A stretch of DNA of 64,000 nt from Dehalococcoidia bacterium (GTDB taxonomy: Bacteria > Chloroflexota > Dehalococcoidia > Lucifugimonadales > G963668185). Below the pieces are notes generated by a model, which searched no databases, was not told the DNA's origin, and saw nothing but the letters and a program-made list of their open reading frames with translations. The DNA lies in contig CBDFLT010000009.1 in NCBI GenBank assembly GCA_965249225.1, forward strand, positions 91,742 to 155,741, in the 5' to 3' direction. Position numbers and translations under genes: made by a program. Position 1 is the stretch's first letter, and the number at the start of each line of letters is the position of its first letter. Shown here piece after piece: positions 1-10,076 of the stretch.

Positions 1-440
1 ACAATAGGGGCCTGCAGTTGACCTACCAGACGCGCAATGAGCACATCCTTGGTTGGCAACGCGGCCAGCTCGGCGACCTGGTCGGCCGTTAGATAGCGGT
101 CACCAAGCAGGCCTCCCTTTACGGTCAACGTCGTCCTGCGTGTCCTGACGAAATCGGAAAGGGCCTTAGCGGGTTCGAGGGAGTCCTCGTACCCTATGGC
201 AATTGCGGTTGGGCCGGTCACGATCTCTTTGAACTCCGGCCTGCCCGCGGCGTCGGCGGCAAGGTATGCCAACCTGTTCTTGACCACGCGGAACTCTACA
301 CCCCGCTCACGCAGGGCTCGCCTCAGCTCAGTCATCTCACCGACCGGCATACCCGTGTAGTCGGCCGAGATGGCGATAGCGCACCTCTCGATCCACTGAC
401 GCATCTCTTCAACCGCATCAATTTTCTTCTGAGTGGGCAA
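1..440 (-). CDS. rplJ: 50S ribosomal protein L10; 3' end runs off the window
   Basis: Not in the ORF track because there is no stop in the window. My minus-strand translation from TTG 438-440 gives LPTQKKIDAVEEMRQWIERCAIAISADYTGMPVGEMTELRRALRERGVEFRVVKNRLAYLAADAAG... A GAGGTGA Shine-Dalgarno sits at 444-450. The position after rplK-rplA matches the canonical cluster. Confidence 0.85.
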   Translation of the reverse strand, partial: MPTQKKIDAVEEMRQWIERCAIAISADYTGMPVGEMTELRRALRERGVEFRVVKNRLAYLAADAAGRPEFKEIVTGPTAIAIGYEDSLEPAKALSDFVRTRRTTLTVKGGLLGDRYLTADQVAELAALPTKDVLIARLVGQLQAPI

Positions 441-450
441 GTCTCACCTC

Positions 451-481
451 AAAACAAAAACCCTGAGCCGCAGACTCAGGG
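451..481 (-). terminator. Hairpin plus U-tract immediately upstream of the rplJ SD; attenuator/terminator in the rplA-rplJ spacer
   Basis: The minus strand reads CCCTGAG-TCTGCGG-CTCAGGG (461-481) followed by TTTTTGTTTT (451-460), then GAGGTGA and the TTG start. Confidence 0.5.
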
Positions 482-582
482 TTCATGACCCTAGCTCACG
501 CGAGTATCCACTCGCTTCTGCCTCGGCGGGCTGTCGGTTTTAATCCGCTCAAAGCGGAGCCCACTGTCTGTGGCGTACTAAC

Positions 583-1296
583 CTATTCTACTTTAAGTGC
601 GGTGGCGCTGGCAATGTCCAGCCCGACGCTGGGACCCATCGTGGTAGTTAGAAAGGCGGACCTGATGTACTGGCCCTTCACTCCGCTTGGACGTGACCTG
701 ACAATGTTGTCCATCAAAGTCGTCAGGTTGTCCAGGAGCTGCTGGTCCTCGAAGCTCGCTTTCCCTATGACCACGTGTATGAGCGCGGTGCGGTCCAGTT
801 TATACTCCACCCTACCCTTCTTGGCTTCCGCTACCGCCCGAGGGATGTCTTCGGGTTGGACCACCGTGCCGGTCCTGGGGTTGGGCATGAGCCCACGTCT
901 GCCTAGGATCTTTCCCAGGCGACCGATACGGCCCATCACGTCCGGAGTGGCGATGGACACGTCGAAGTCGGCCCACCCTCCCTCGATCTTCTTGATTAGC
1001 TCGTCATCGCCCAAGTAGTCGGCTCCCGCCTCCTTGGCGATGGTCAGCGCTTCCCCCTGTGAAAAGACGACCACCCGCACCGGCTTTCCCACGCCATGGG
1101 GAAGGACCGCCACGCCTCGCACGAGTTGGTCTGCGTGGCGTGGGTCGCAGCCGGTCCGCAGGTGCAGCTCCACGGTCTCGTCAAACTTCGCGGTAGCCGT
1201 TTGCTTTGTCAGGGTTATCGCCTCAAGAGGCTCATAGCCCTGGCCGTCCTCGATCAGACCCGCGGCGCCCGCGTAGCGTTTTCCGCGCTTGACCAC
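583..1296 (-). CDS. rplA: 50S ribosomal protein L1
   Basis: The 237-aa ORF is a typical L1 sequence (KRGKRY...[16 protein letters not shown]...DPRHADQ...). Synteny is rplK-rplA-rplJ. Confidence 0.95.
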   Translation of the reverse strand: MVKRGKRYAGAAGLIEDGQGYEPLEAITLTKQTATAKFDETVELHLRTGCDPRHADQLVRGVAVLPHGVGKPVRVVVFSQGEALTIAKEAGADYLGDDELIKKIEGGWADFDVSIATPDVMGRIGRLGKILGRRGLMPNPRTGTVVQPEDIPRAVAEAKKGRVEYKLDRTALIHVVIGKASFEDQQLLDNLTTLMDNIVRSRPSGVKGQYIRSAFLTTTMGPSVGLDIASATALKVE

Positions 1297-1317
1297 AGGT
1301 GTTACCCCCTAAAAAAT

Positions 1318-1785
1318 CTATTCAACGACATCCTCTGGACTTGTCTCGGCATCCGGGGAAGGATCCCCGACCTCAATGCCCATGCTCCTGGCCGTGCCCT
1401 CCACTATACGCATAGCTCCCTCTATATCCTTGGCGTTCAGGTCCCGCATCTTAATCTCGGCTATCTCCCTTATTTTGGACCGGGATATAGTAGCCACCTT
1501 CTCGGTCCTGGGGTCGCTGCTCCCCTTTTCCAGTCCCGTGGCCCTCCTAAGCAGGTCAGATGCGGGTGGAGTCTTGAGCTCGAAGGCGAAAGAGCGGTCC
1601 TGGTACACGGTTATCGCGACAGGTACGATGCTCCCGCCCTGAGATGCGGTCCGCTCGTTGTACTCCTTGACGAACTGCATGATGTTGACGCCGTACTGGC
1701 CGAGAGCAGGTCCCACCGGCGGCGCGGGCGTGGCCCGGCCTGCTTCGATCTGCAGTTTTATCACGGTCATAATCTTCTTAGCCAA
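1318..1785 (-). CDS. rplK: 50S ribosomal protein L11
   Basis: The 155-aa ORF starts [43 protein letters not shown], the L11 N-terminal signature. Confidence 0.95.
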   Translation of the reverse strand: MAKKIMTVIKLQIEAGRATPAPPVGPALGQYGVNIMQFVKEYNERTASQGGSIVPVAITVYQDRSFAFELKTPPASDLLRRATGLEKGSSDPRTEKVATISRSKIREIAEIKMRDLNAKDIEGAMRIVEGTARSMGIEVGDPSPDAETSPEDVVE

Positions 1786-1868
1786 CTATACGCCTCAATT
1801 GCCACTGCTTAAGAACTATCTCAATGCCCCAGCTTTGCTCCGGGGCCCGCGTTCCGGCCTCCGGCTAT

Positions 1869-2429
1869 CTACACCTTCTCCACCTGGAGGAAGTCCATCT
1901 CAACGGGCGTCTCGCGGCCGAAGAACGAGACCAAGATCTTCACCTTGGCGCGGTCTGGCGCGACCTCGTCTACCACTCCCATGAAGTCCACAAAGGGACC
2001 GTCGGTGATCCGCACCATCTGTCCCTTTTCGAACCCCACACGGACGCGGGGCTTGTCGGATTTCATCTGTCGAAGGATCTTCGCAACCTCTTGGTCATCG
2101 AGGGGAACGGGCTTGGGCCTCTTCTCGCGCTCGTCCTCGGCGGAGACGAAGCCCGTGACGCCCGGCGTATTTCTAACCACGTACCAGCTTTCGTCGTCCA
2201 TCGTCATGCGGATGAGGATGTAGCCTGGAAAGACCTTACGCGCCACCGGTCTGCGTTGCCCATCCTTAATCTCGATCTCGTCTTCAGTGGGAACGATGAC
2301 CTCGAAGATCTTGTGTTTCATGTCCATGGTGGCCACGCGCTGCTCAAGGTTCTGCTTGACGCGCTCTTCCTGGCCGGCATAGGTGTGGACGATATACCAG
2401 CGAGTGGAGATTTCTTTGGCGGTGCTCAT
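1869..2429 (-). CDS. nusG: Transcription termination/antitermination factor NusG
   Basis: The 186-aa ORF starts with an NGN-like [18 protein letters not shown] and has a KOW-like C-terminus ([21 protein letters not shown]). Synteny is secE-nusG-rplK. Confidence 0.93.
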   Translation of the reverse strand: MSTAKEISTRWYIVHTYAGQEERVKQNLEQRVATMDMKHKIFEVIVPTEDEIEIKDGQRRPVARKVFPGYILIRMTMDDESWYVVRNTPGVTGFVSAEDEREKRPKPVPLDDQEVAKILRQMKSDKPRVRVGFEKGQMVRITDGPFVDFMGVVDEVAPDRAKVKILVSFFGRETPVEMDFLQVEKV

Positions 2430-2434
2430 GGCCT

Positions 2435-2674
2435 CTAGTTGCGCAAAATGAGGTCGTTGAATAACCGTGCGAACCCGATGTCGACCGTACCAAGGAAAAT
2501 GCCCACGGCCGCAGACACAGCGATGACCATGAGAGTAAGGCGAACCGTCTCCTGCCGGGTCGGCCAGGTTACTCTGCGAAGCTCGGAGATGACCTCGGTG
2601 ACAATCCTGAGGCTGAAAGCGCCCCGGGCTGTCTCAGGGCTGACTCTGCGGCCAGTACCTGAACCTCGAACCAT
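2435..2674 (-). CDS. secE: Preprotein translocase subunit SecE
   Basis: The 79-aa ORF has a single C-terminal TM helix (LMVIAVSAAVGIFLGTVDIGF) preceded by ELRRVTWPTRQE. It lies between rpmG and nusG. Confidence 0.85.
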   Translation of the reverse strand: MVRGSGTGRRVSPETARGAFSLRIVTEVISELRRVTWPTRQETVRLTLMVIAVSAAVGIFLGTVDIGFARLFNDLILRN

Positions 2675-2679
2675 GCCGG

Positions 2680-2847
2680 TTACCTCACCTCTTTATGGGG
2701 CGTGTGCGTACGGCACCGCGGGCAGTACTTCTTGAGATCGAGCCGGTCTGGGTCGTTGCGCCGGTTCTTAGAGGTGGAGTACGTCCTCTCGCGGCACTCA
2801 GTGCAACCCAGAGTTATGAGAATTCGATTGTCTCCGCGTCTGGCCAT
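2680..2847 (-). CDS. rpmG: 50S ribosomal protein L33 (Cys4 zinc-ribbon form)
   Basis: Below the ORF-track size cutoff. My translation is [55 protein letters not shown] (55 aa), with a CxxC...CxxC pattern. It sits between tuf and secE. Confidence 0.9.
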   Translation of the reverse strand: MARRGDNRILITLGCTECRERTYSTSKNRRNDPDRLDLKKYCPRCRTHTPHKEVR

Positions 2848-2881
2848 GTGACTATTCCCTAACGGTAGCGCAAACAGTGAC

Positions 2882-2908
2882 GCAGCCCTACTGCGGAAGC
2901 AGGGCTGC
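2882..2908 (-). terminator. Stem-loop downstream of tuf; weak terminator candidate
   Basis: GCAGCCCT-N11-AGGGCTGC forms an 8-bp stem. The trailing minus-strand sequence GTCACTGTTTGCG is only weakly U-rich. Confidence 0.3.
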
Positions 2909-2983
2909 TGATAGTCTCTAAATCTATTTCAATTCGCCTGTTTGTCCACGGATGAGGCCAAGCCCCTCGCCGAAATCCAGCTG

Positions 2984-4183
2984 TTACCCGATTACCTGAG
3001 TGAAAACGCCGGACCCTACGGTCCGTCCTCCTTCTCGGACGGCGAAGCGCAACTGCTCGTCCATGGCAACGGGGGCTATGAGGCTGACCTTCATCTCGAC
3101 GTTGTCTCCAGGCATGACCATCTCCACGCCCTCGGGAAGCTGGATATCACCGGTAACGTCGGTCGTGCGAATGTAGAACTGAGGTTTGTATCCGTTAAAG
3201 AATGGGGTATGGCGACCCCCTTCGTCCTTGCTCAAGACGTATACCTGGGCTTTCGCCTCCGAGTTGGGCTTTATGCTGCCCGGCTCCGCCACGACCTGGC
3301 CTCGCTCGACGTCCTCTCGTTCGATGCCCCGTAGCAGGAGTCCTACCGCGTCCCCAGGCTCGGCCTCGTCCAGCATCTTGTGAAACATCTCCACTCCCGT
3401 AACGACGGTGGAGGCTGTTTCCTTGATGCCAACTATCTCCACGGTCTGCCCCACCTTGATCACGCCCTTCTCGACACGTCCCGTTACCACGGTGCCACGA
3501 CCTTTGATGCCGAAGACGTCCTCGATGGGCATAAGGAAGGGCTGATCCTTCGGCCGCTCGGGAACGGGAATGTACTCATCCACAGCGTCCATCAACTTCC
3601 ATATAGGGCCGCACCACTCGCACTCCCTCTTGCCACAGCCGCACTCCAGGGCCTTCAGGGCGCTGACCCTAACAACGGGGATCTCGTCGCCCGGAAAGTC
3701 GTAGGAGGAGAGAAGCTCGCGCAACTCAAGCTCGACCAACTCAAGGAGTTCCTCATCGTCCATCAAGTCCGACTTGTTAAGGGCCACGACGACGGCGGGC
3801 ACCTCAACCTGGCGCGCCAATAAGATGTGCTCCCGTGTTTGCGGCATGGGACCATCGGGCGCACTGACCACCAGTATAGAGCCATCCATCTGGGCCGTGC
3901 CGGTGATCATATTCTTGATGTAGTCGGCATGGCCGGGGCAGTCCACGTGGGCGTAATGGCGTTTCTCAGTCTCATACTCCACGTGCTGGATGGCGATGGT
4001 CAGACCTCGGGCCTTCTCTTCGGGGGCGTTATCGATGCTCTCAAACGGCCTATACTCCGCGAGGCCGGCCTTGCTCATCAAAAACGTGATCGCCGACGTC
4101 AGCGTGGTCTTACCATGATCCACGTGGCCTATTGTTCCGACGTTTACGTGCGGCTTGTCTCTTACGAACTTTTGCTTAGCCAA
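2984..4183 (-). CDS. tuf: Elongation factor Tu
   Basis: The 399-aa ORF carries the [14 protein letters not shown] and NKSD GTPase motifs. It contains an unusual [13 protein letters not shown] insertion (see findings). Confidence 0.98.
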   Translation of the reverse strand: MAKQKFVRDKPHVNVGTIGHVDHGKTTLTSAITFLMSKAGLAEYRPFESIDNAPEEKARGLTIAIQHVEYETEKRHYAHVDCPGHADYIKNMITGTAQMDGSILVVSAPDGPMPQTREHILLARQVEVPAVVVALNKSDLMDDEELLELVELELRELLSSYDFPGDEIPVVRVSALKALECGCGKRECEWCGPIWKLMDAVDEYIPVPERPKDQPFLMPIEDVFGIKGRGTVVTGRVEKGVIKVGQTVEIVGIKETASTVVTGVEMFHKMLDEAEPGDAVGLLLRGIEREDVERGQVVAEPGSIKPNSEAKAQVYVLSKDEGGRHTPFFNGYKPQFYIRTTDVTGDIQLPEGVEMVMPGDNVEMKVSLIAPVAMDEQLRFAVREGGRTVGSGVFTQVIG

Positions 4184-4200
4184 TTAGCCTCCTCCAGGCA

Positions 4201-4276
4201 TGGAGCCCACAAGCAGATTCGAACTGCTGACCTCGTTCTTACCAAGAACGTGCTCTACCTACTGAGCTATGTGGGC
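4201..4276 (-). tRNA. tRNA-Thr (anticodon GGU), CCA encoded
   Basis: Reverse complement: GCCCACATAGCTCAGTAGGTAGAGCACGTTCTTGGTAAGAACGAGGTCAGCAGTTCGAATCTGCTTGTGGGCTCCA. It folds as a cloverleaf with acceptor GCCCACA/TGTGGGC and anticodon loop TTGGTAA. Confidence 0.9.
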
Positions 4277-4314
4277 CCGCGTATTTTTTCTTTGCAATAA
4301 CTCCGGCGCGCGCG

Positions 4315-4399
4315 TGGAGGGGGCAGGATTCGAACCTGCGTAGCCCGTCAGGGCGCCAGATTTACAGTCTGGTGGTATTAACCACTCACCCACCCCTCC
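4315..4399 (-). tRNA. tRNA-Tyr (anticodon GUA) with long variable arm, CCA encoded
   Basis: Reverse complement: GGAGGGGTGGGTGAGTGGTTAATACCACCAGACTGTAAATCTGG...GGTTCGAATCCTGCCCCCTCCA. The acceptor is GGAGGGG/CCCCTCC and the anticodon loop is CTGTAAA. Confidence 0.9.
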
Positions 4400-4496
4400 G
4401 TACATCGCAGCCTAGTTTAACATAGCGAAAATGCCAATCCAAGGCATTTCTCGACTGACGCAACTGCTCATCCGCTTATTCCGAGAGGAAGACGTA

Positions 4497-4570
4497 AGCC
4501 CCAGAGGGGACTCGAACCCGCTAACCTGCCGATTACAAGTCGGCTGCGCTACCTGTTGCGCCACTGGGGC
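4497..4570 (-). tRNA. tRNA-Thr (anticodon UGU), CCA not encoded
   Basis: Reverse complement: GCCCCAGTGGCGCAACAGGTAGCGCAGCCGACTTGTAATCGGCAGGTTAGCGGGTTCGAGTCCCCTCTGGGGCT. The acceptor is GCCCCAG/CTGGGGC and the anticodon loop is CTTGTAA. Confidence 0.88.
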
Positions 4571-4678
4571 ACGCGACTCGGGGCACCCAGGGGACAGCGC
4601 CGGAAGGCATGGGAGAGTTGAGACCATCATTCCGACCAACCAGCCGTTAGGCGAACTGTTCATCCCCAGACGTCAGAT

Positions 4679-4706
4679 ATTATACCATGACCACCGGGTT
4701 GGTCAG
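4679..4706 (-). promoter_or_regulatory. Candidate sigma-70 promoter for the tRNA-tuf transcription unit
   Basis: The minus strand reads CTGACC-N16-TGGTATAAT, a perfect TATAAT with a TGn extension. It lies about 100 nt upstream of tRNA-Thr(UGU) and overlaps the larC stop. Confidence 0.4.
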
Positions 4707-5914
4707 CCTGCCCGCAGCCGCTCTGTGGCCTCCCGCTGTACAAGGCGCATCACTTCCTGAAGGGGCATGTCCTTTTCCCTCGCTACTCGCACGCACGACT
4801 CGTACTCAGGGGCCACTCCGACGATATCGTCCTCCAACCGCTTGACCTTCACCTGCACCCGACCCACACTGGTCTCCACCTCGATCACCTCGCGGGAGGC
4901 TTCATACCGGGTGCAAGGCCGTACTCTTACCCCTAGCGTGGAGGTCTCCCTCAGCACCAGCGTCACAGCACGCGACTCAAGGCTATCCGGCACTATAGCG
5001 CTCAGCATCGTTCCCGGACGGTTCTTCTTCATCTGTATTGAGGTGAACCAGACGTCGCGCGCACCCAACTCAAAGAGGCGGTCCCGTACATACCCCAGCA
5101 CCTCGGCGCTCGTGTCGTCGATGTTGGTCTCGATAACGCTGAGATCGGTAACCCGCGCGACCCCTACCTCCTCCCCGAGCCACAGCGCCAACACATTTGG
5201 GTAGTGACGCGAGTCTCGCGAGCCCAGTCCGTAGCCTACGCGGTGAAGGTTAAGTACTGGTTGTTGGAATTTGGCGAGTGTGGTGATTATGGCCGCGCCG
5301 GTTGGTGTGACCATCTCCCCCGCGTCGGGCGCGTTTCCCGGGGGAGGCACTACAGGCGCATTCGACATCGCAAAGAGTTCGGTGGTAGCCGGTGCCGGCA
5401 CGGGCAGGAGTCCGTGTTTGCTTTCGACCATCCCGGACCCCGATGGGAAAGGCGAGGAGTAGACCTGTTCGACGCCAAGCATTTCAATCCCCACCACGCT
5501 GCCCACCACGTCCACCAAGGTATCGAGGGTGCCTAGCTCGTCAAGATGGGCCTCATCGAGGGTAACACGGTGGACCGCCGCCTCGGCTTCTACCAGACGG
5601 CGGAGGACGGCAGTGGCGCGCTCGACGACGACTGGCGACAGGCTGGATCGCTCGACGATACCCACCAACTCCTGCCATCTCCTGGGCCTGCACCCCGTTT
5701 CATCGAGCCTCACCGAAACCATCGTCCCGTTCACTCCGGTCCGCTGCCCAGGCTCGGCCGAGAGAGTGTAACCCTCCACACTGAGCTTCGCGAGCGCCTC
5801 TTTCAGGTCCTCCAGGGAAACGCCGACATCGACCAGCGCGCCGAGGACCATGTCGCCGCTTGCGCCGCCAACGCAGTTAAAGTACGCAGTTTTAGGGACC
5901 ATTGTCTCCTTCAC
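4703..5914 (-). CDS. larC: LarC family nickel-insertion protein (DUF111)
   Basis: The 403-aa ORF has an N-terminal YFNCVGGASGDMVLGALVDVGV motif typical of LarC/UPF0272. Confidence 0.8.
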   Translation of the reverse strand: MKETMVPKTAYFNCVGGASGDMVLGALVDVGVSLEDLKEALAKLSVEGYTLSAEPGQRTGVNGTMVSVRLDETGCRPRRWQELVGIVERSSLSPVVVERATAVLRRLVEAEAAVHRVTLDEAHLDELGTLDTLVDVVGSVVGIEMLGVEQVYSSPFPSGSGMVESKHGLLPVPAPATTELFAMSNAPVVPPPGNAPDAGEMVTPTGAAIITTLAKFQQPVLNLHRVGYGLGSRDSRHYPNVLALWLGEEVGVARVTDLSVIETNIDDTSAEVLGYVRDRLFELGARDVWFTSIQMKKNRPGTMLSAIVPDSLESRAVTLVLRETSTLGVRVRPCTRYEASREVIEVETSVGRVQVKVKRLEDDIVGVAPEYESCVRVAREKDMPLQEVMRLVQREATERLRAG

Positions 5915-5940
5915 GTCGTGCCGACACGGCTAGACCGCTT

Positions 5941-7374
5941 CTAAGTATGGACTTGGGGATCTATCGCCCCTTGATCACGCTTACGACGGCCACGAGGAAT
6001 GCAGGCGTCCAGCGCCTCGGCCAGGGTGGCTACCGGCACTACCTCGATCTCCGTCCCAGTCCGTGTAGAATCGGAAGCGCTCCCTGGAACGAGGCACCGC
6101 TTCAGTCCCAGTCGGGCCGCCTCTCCGATCCTGCGTTCGACCTGTGGTACCCGCCTGATCTCGCCGCCAAGCCCCACTTCGCCAAGGGCCACAACATCCC
6201 AACCCACGGGCGAATTCCAGAGGCTCGAGGCGATGGCCAGCGCCACCCCGAGGTCGGCTGCGGGTTCGGTGATTCGAAGTCCCCCTGTCACGTTGACCAA
6301 CACGTCCTGGTTGGACAGCGGTATACCCATCCGACGGCCCAACACCGCGCAGACTATTAGAAGACGGTTGAAGTCGATGCCGGTTGCCACACGCCTTGGA
6401 GCGGGCAGCATGGAAGGACTTGTGAGGGCCTGCACCTCAACCAGGAGAGGCCTACTTCCCTCAAGTGTCGCTACGACCACCGATCCGATGGTATCGTTAG
6501 CGCGTTCGGAAAGGAAGGCCGAGGATGGGTCCTCCACCTCGATCAGGCCTCCGTCGGACATCTCGAACACGCCCACCTCGTTGGTGGACCCAAAGCGGTT
6601 CTTGATGGCCCGCAGCAGTCGCCACGAGCTAACAGGGTCACCCTCCATGTAAAGGACGACATCCACCATGTGTTCCAGCACCCGGGGACCCGCTATGTCG
6701 CCCCCCTTTGTGACATGCCCTGTGAGTAATACGGCGATACCACTGGCCTTGGCCCACTCGAGCAGCTTGCGAGTGCACTCTCTGATCTGCGCTACACTAC
6801 CAACCGCAGAGGGCAAAGAGTAGTCGTGCATCGTCTGTATCGAGTCGACTACCACGAGCCTCGGCTTGCTGGACTCGAGGGCCTCGATGACGTCATTCAG
6901 GTCGGTGGCCGGAAGCAGCAACAACCGACGGCCGGATATCCCAAGTCGATCAGCACGCATCCTGATCTGAGCGGCCGATTCCTCCCCAGTGGCGTACAGC
7001 ACAGGTCCCACGGATTCAGCGATATCGGCGGCCACACGCATCATCATGGTGGACTTGCCGATGCCAGGGTCTCCGGCGATCAGGACGAGGGAGCCGGGCA
7101 CTATACCACCACCCAGGACTCTGTTCACCTCGGTGGAGGAAAGCTCGAGCCGGGGGGCGTCGTCACTGGAGACCTCGGCCAACTCTTGTACGGACGGAGA
7201 GGAGGAACTCAGCCGCGAACTGCGCCGGCCGTCGCCGCTCTCCCGCGGTGCCTCCACCAGCGTGTTCCACTCCCCGCAGGAAGGGCAGCGTCCCTCCCAT
7301 TTGAGGCTATCGTTGCCGCAACTCTCACAGACGAATACGGTCCTAGCCCTGGACCTGGCCATAGCCTCTGCCAA
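5941..7374 (-). CDS. radA: DNA repair protein RadA/Sms
   Basis: It has an N-terminal C4 zinc finger (CESCGN...CPSCGEW), a Walker A GDPGIGKST, a KNRFG motif and a Lon-like C-terminal domain. Confidence 0.95.
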   Translation of the reverse strand: MAEAMARSRARTVFVCESCGNDSLKWEGRCPSCGEWNTLVEAPRESGDGRRSSRLSSSSPSVQELAEVSSDDAPRLELSSTEVNRVLGGGIVPGSLVLIAGDPGIGKSTMMMRVAADIAESVGPVLYATGEESAAQIRMRADRLGISGRRLLLLPATDLNDVIEALESSKPRLVVVDSIQTMHDYSLPSAVGSVAQIRECTRKLLEWAKASGIAVLLTGHVTKGGDIAGPRVLEHMVDVVLYMEGDPVSSWRLLRAIKNRFGSTNEVGVFEMSDGGLIEVEDPSSAFLSERANDTIGSVVVATLEGSRPLLVEVQALTSPSMLPAPRRVATGIDFNRLLIVCAVLGRRMGIPLSNQDVLVNVTGGLRITEPAADLGVALAIASSLWNSPVGWDVVALGEVGLGGEIRRVPQVERRIGEAARLGLKRCLVPGSASDSTRTGTEIEVVPVATLAEALDACIPRGRRKRDQGAIDPQVHT

Positions 7375-7492
7375 CCTCGACTATCGTGTAACGACTGATC
7401 GCACGATCAACCGTGGTGCTCATTCTAGCAGACCACAATAGCCATCCAACATCACACACAAGGCGGGTGGGCGGAGCAAAAGCGCTGAAAGC

Positions 7493-7529
7493 GTAAGGGC
7501 CCAGAGACGCGCGTCCCCGGGCCCTTACG
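7493..7529 (-). terminator. Stem-loop downstream of clpC
   Basis: GTAAGGGCCC-N17-GGGCCCTTAC forms a 10-bp stem. On the minus strand it is followed by GCTTTCAGCGCTTTTGC. Confidence 0.5.
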
Positions 7530-7550
7530 TTATTCCGTTCCGTTGTGGGC

Positions 7551-10028
7551 CTACTCTAAAGCAGGCGTCATTGGAACCGGCGATTGAGCACTTACTTGAA
7601 GGATGTCGTCGGAAATATCGACGACAGCCGTGTCGCCGGGTTTGAGTTGGTCGCTGAGGATGGCATCGGAAAGCTTATCCTCGACGTTGTCCTGGATGAC
7701 TCTACGGAGGGGCCGAGCACCGAACTCCGGATCATAGCCATGCTCCGTCAGCCAGCCCTTGGCTTCCTGTGTCACCTCCAGGTTTATGCCCTTTTCGACC
7801 AAGTTGGACGCGACTTGCTGCAGCATCAGTTCGACGATCTTCTGCATATCCTCCTTGTCCAGGGCATGGAAGACCTCGGTGCCGTCGATACGGTTGAGGA
7901 ACTCGGGCCGGAAGAAACGCTTGACCTCGTCCAACACCTTATCCTTCATCCGCTGGTATGACGCCTCGCTCGTCCGATCACCGTCTGACTGGGCAGAAAA
8001 CCCGATGCCCTTGTCCTGCCGGATGAGGTCCGATCCGATGTTGCTGGTCATCACTACAATGGCGTTACGGAAGTCAACACGTCGGCCCTTGGCATCGGTG
8101 AGGTGCCCATCGTCGAAGATCTGCAGCAGAATGTTGAACACCTCGGGATGTGCCTTTTCGATCTCGTCAAATAGTATCACGCAGTACGATTTGCGTCTTA
8201 CCGCCTCGGTCAGCTGTCCGCCCTCGTCGTAGCCGACGTAGCCCGGCGGAGCGCCGACCAGGCGGGCCACCGCGTGCCGCTCCATGAACTCCGACATGTC
8301 GATACGGATTACCGCATCCTCACTGCCGAACAAGAACTCGGCCAGCTTCTGGACCACGTATGTCTTGCCGACGCCAGTTGGCCCCAGGAACATAAAGATT
8401 CCCGTAGGCCGCTTCGGATTTTTGAGGCCCGCCCGCCCGCGGCGGACCGCCTTGGAAACCCTGGTTATGGCATCATCCTGCCCGACTACCGACTCGTGTA
8501 GCACCTCTTCCATATGAACCAGCCGCTCGCTTTCAGAGGAGGTGAGGCGCGTCACCGGTATGCCAGTCCACATGCTCACCACCTCGGCGATGTGCTCCTC
8601 TGTCACAACTGGCGTCTCGCCCTCCATCTCCTCCTGCCACTCTTTCTCCAGATCGCTGAGCTTTTCAGACAAGTTGGCTTCGCGTTCCTTAAGCTCTGCG
8701 GCATACTCGTACTGCCGGGAGGAAATGGACTCGTCTTTCTCCTTCCGGACGCTCTCCAACATCTTCATCGCCTCTTTGACGGAAAGCGGCGGGGAGCTGA
8801 AGTTGATACGCACCCGAGAGGCCGCCTCGTCGACGAGGTCGATCGCCTTGTCGGGGAGGAAGCGGTCGGTTATGAATCTGGAGGCCATGTGGGCCGCAGC
8901 CCTGAGGGCCTCGTCCTGAATTTCTAGCTGATGATGCTCCTCGTAGCGCTCTTTGATGCCCTTCAGTATGCTCACGGTCTCCTCGACCGTCGGCTCTTCC
9001 ACCTTGACGGGCTGGAAGCGCCTCTCCAATGCGGGGTCGCGCTCCACATACTTGCGGTAGTCGTCGAGGGTTGTGGCGCCTATGCATTGAAGCTCACCCC
9101 TGGCGAGGGAGGGCTTCAAAATGTTGGCGGCGTCAACAGCGCCTTCGGCCGCGCCGGCGCCGACCATGGTGTGTATCTCGTCTATAAACAGCACACAGTT
9201 ACCAGAGCTGCGTATCTCCTCGACCACCTTCTTCAGGCGTTCCTCAAACTCGCCGCGGTACTTGGTGCCGGCTACCAGGGCGCCCATATCCAACGTAACC
9301 AGCCGCTTGCCCTGCAAAGTGCGGGGCACCTCGCTGTTGGCTATCTGTTGTGCCAGCGCCTCGACGATGGCGGTCTTGCCAACGCCGGGTTCTCCAACCA
9401 GGACGGGGTTATTCTTGGTGCGACGGCTCAGTATCTGCGTAACACGCTGAATCTCTTTCTCGCGACCAACGGTCGGGTCCAGCTTCCCTGCACGCGCCGC
9501 GCCGGTGAGGTCGATGCCAAGCTGATCGAGAGTAGGTGTGCGGGTGGACGACCTGGCGCCACTGCCGCTAGGGGTCTGCTGCACAGTCTGGGTGAGAATC
9601 CGGCTTGTTTCCGCTCTGACCTTGTCGAGATTTACACCTAAACTCTCAAGGACTCCAGCCGCGACCCCCTCTCCCTCCCGCATGAGGCCGATCAAAAGAT
9701 GCTCGGTGCCGATATAGTGATGGTTAAGACGGCGCGCCTCGTCCACCGCCAGCTCTATGACCTTCTTGGCCCTGGGAGTAAGACCGATTTCACCAGAGCT
9801 GGTACGCTCCCCCCGTCCGATGATAAATTCTACGGCGGACCTGACCTTATTTAGCTCAACGCCAAGGTTAGACAGGACCTTCGCAGCCACACCGTCACTC
9901 TCCCGTACCAGGCCGAGCAGGATGTGTTCGGTCCCTATGTAGTTATGGTTGAACCGCTGCGCTTCCTCTTGCGCCAGCGACAGGACTCTACGAGCCCCTT
10001 CTGAAAACTTTTCGAACCTGCTAGGCAT
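7551..10028 (-). CDS. clpC: ATP-dependent Clp protease ATP-binding subunit ClpC
   Basis: The 825-aa ORF has a duplicated Clp_N repeat ([11 protein letters not shown] / [11 protein letters not shown]) and two AAA modules ([16 protein letters not shown]). Confidence 0.95.
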   Translation of the reverse strand: MPSRFEKFSEGARRVLSLAQEEAQRFNHNYIGTEHILLGLVRESDGVAAKVLSNLGVELNKVRSAVEFIIGRGERTSSGEIGLTPRAKKVIELAVDEARRLNHHYIGTEHLLIGLMREGEGVAAGVLESLGVNLDKVRAETSRILTQTVQQTPSGSGARSSTRTPTLDQLGIDLTGAARAGKLDPTVGREKEIQRVTQILSRRTKNNPVLVGEPGVGKTAIVEALAQQIANSEVPRTLQGKRLVTLDMGALVAGTKYRGEFEERLKKVVEEIRSSGNCVLFIDEIHTMVGAGAAEGAVDAANILKPSLARGELQCIGATTLDDYRKYVERDPALERRFQPVKVEEPTVEETVSILKGIKERYEEHHQLEIQDEALRAAAHMASRFITDRFLPDKAIDLVDEAASRVRINFSSPPLSVKEAMKMLESVRKEKDESISSRQYEYAAELKEREANLSEKLSDLEKEWQEEMEGETPVVTEEHIAEVVSMWTGIPVTRLTSSESERLVHMEEVLHESVVGQDDAITRVSKAVRRGRAGLKNPKRPTGIFMFLGPTGVGKTYVVQKLAEFLFGSEDAVIRIDMSEFMERHAVARLVGAPPGYVGYDEGGQLTEAVRRKSYCVILFDEIEKAHPEVFNILLQIFDDGHLTDAKGRRVDFRNAIVVMTSNIGSDLIRQDKGIGFSAQSDGDRTSEASYQRMKDKVLDEVKRFFRPEFLNRIDGTEVFHALDKEDMQKIVELMLQQVASNLVEKGINLEVTQEAKGWLTEHGYDPEFGARPLRRVIQDNVEDKLSDAILSDQLKPGDTAVVDISDDILQVSAQSPVPMTPALE

Positions 10029-10076
10029 ACCAACTTCTCCTAGAAGACCTTGAGGACTTTCGATACCGCTGGGCCG

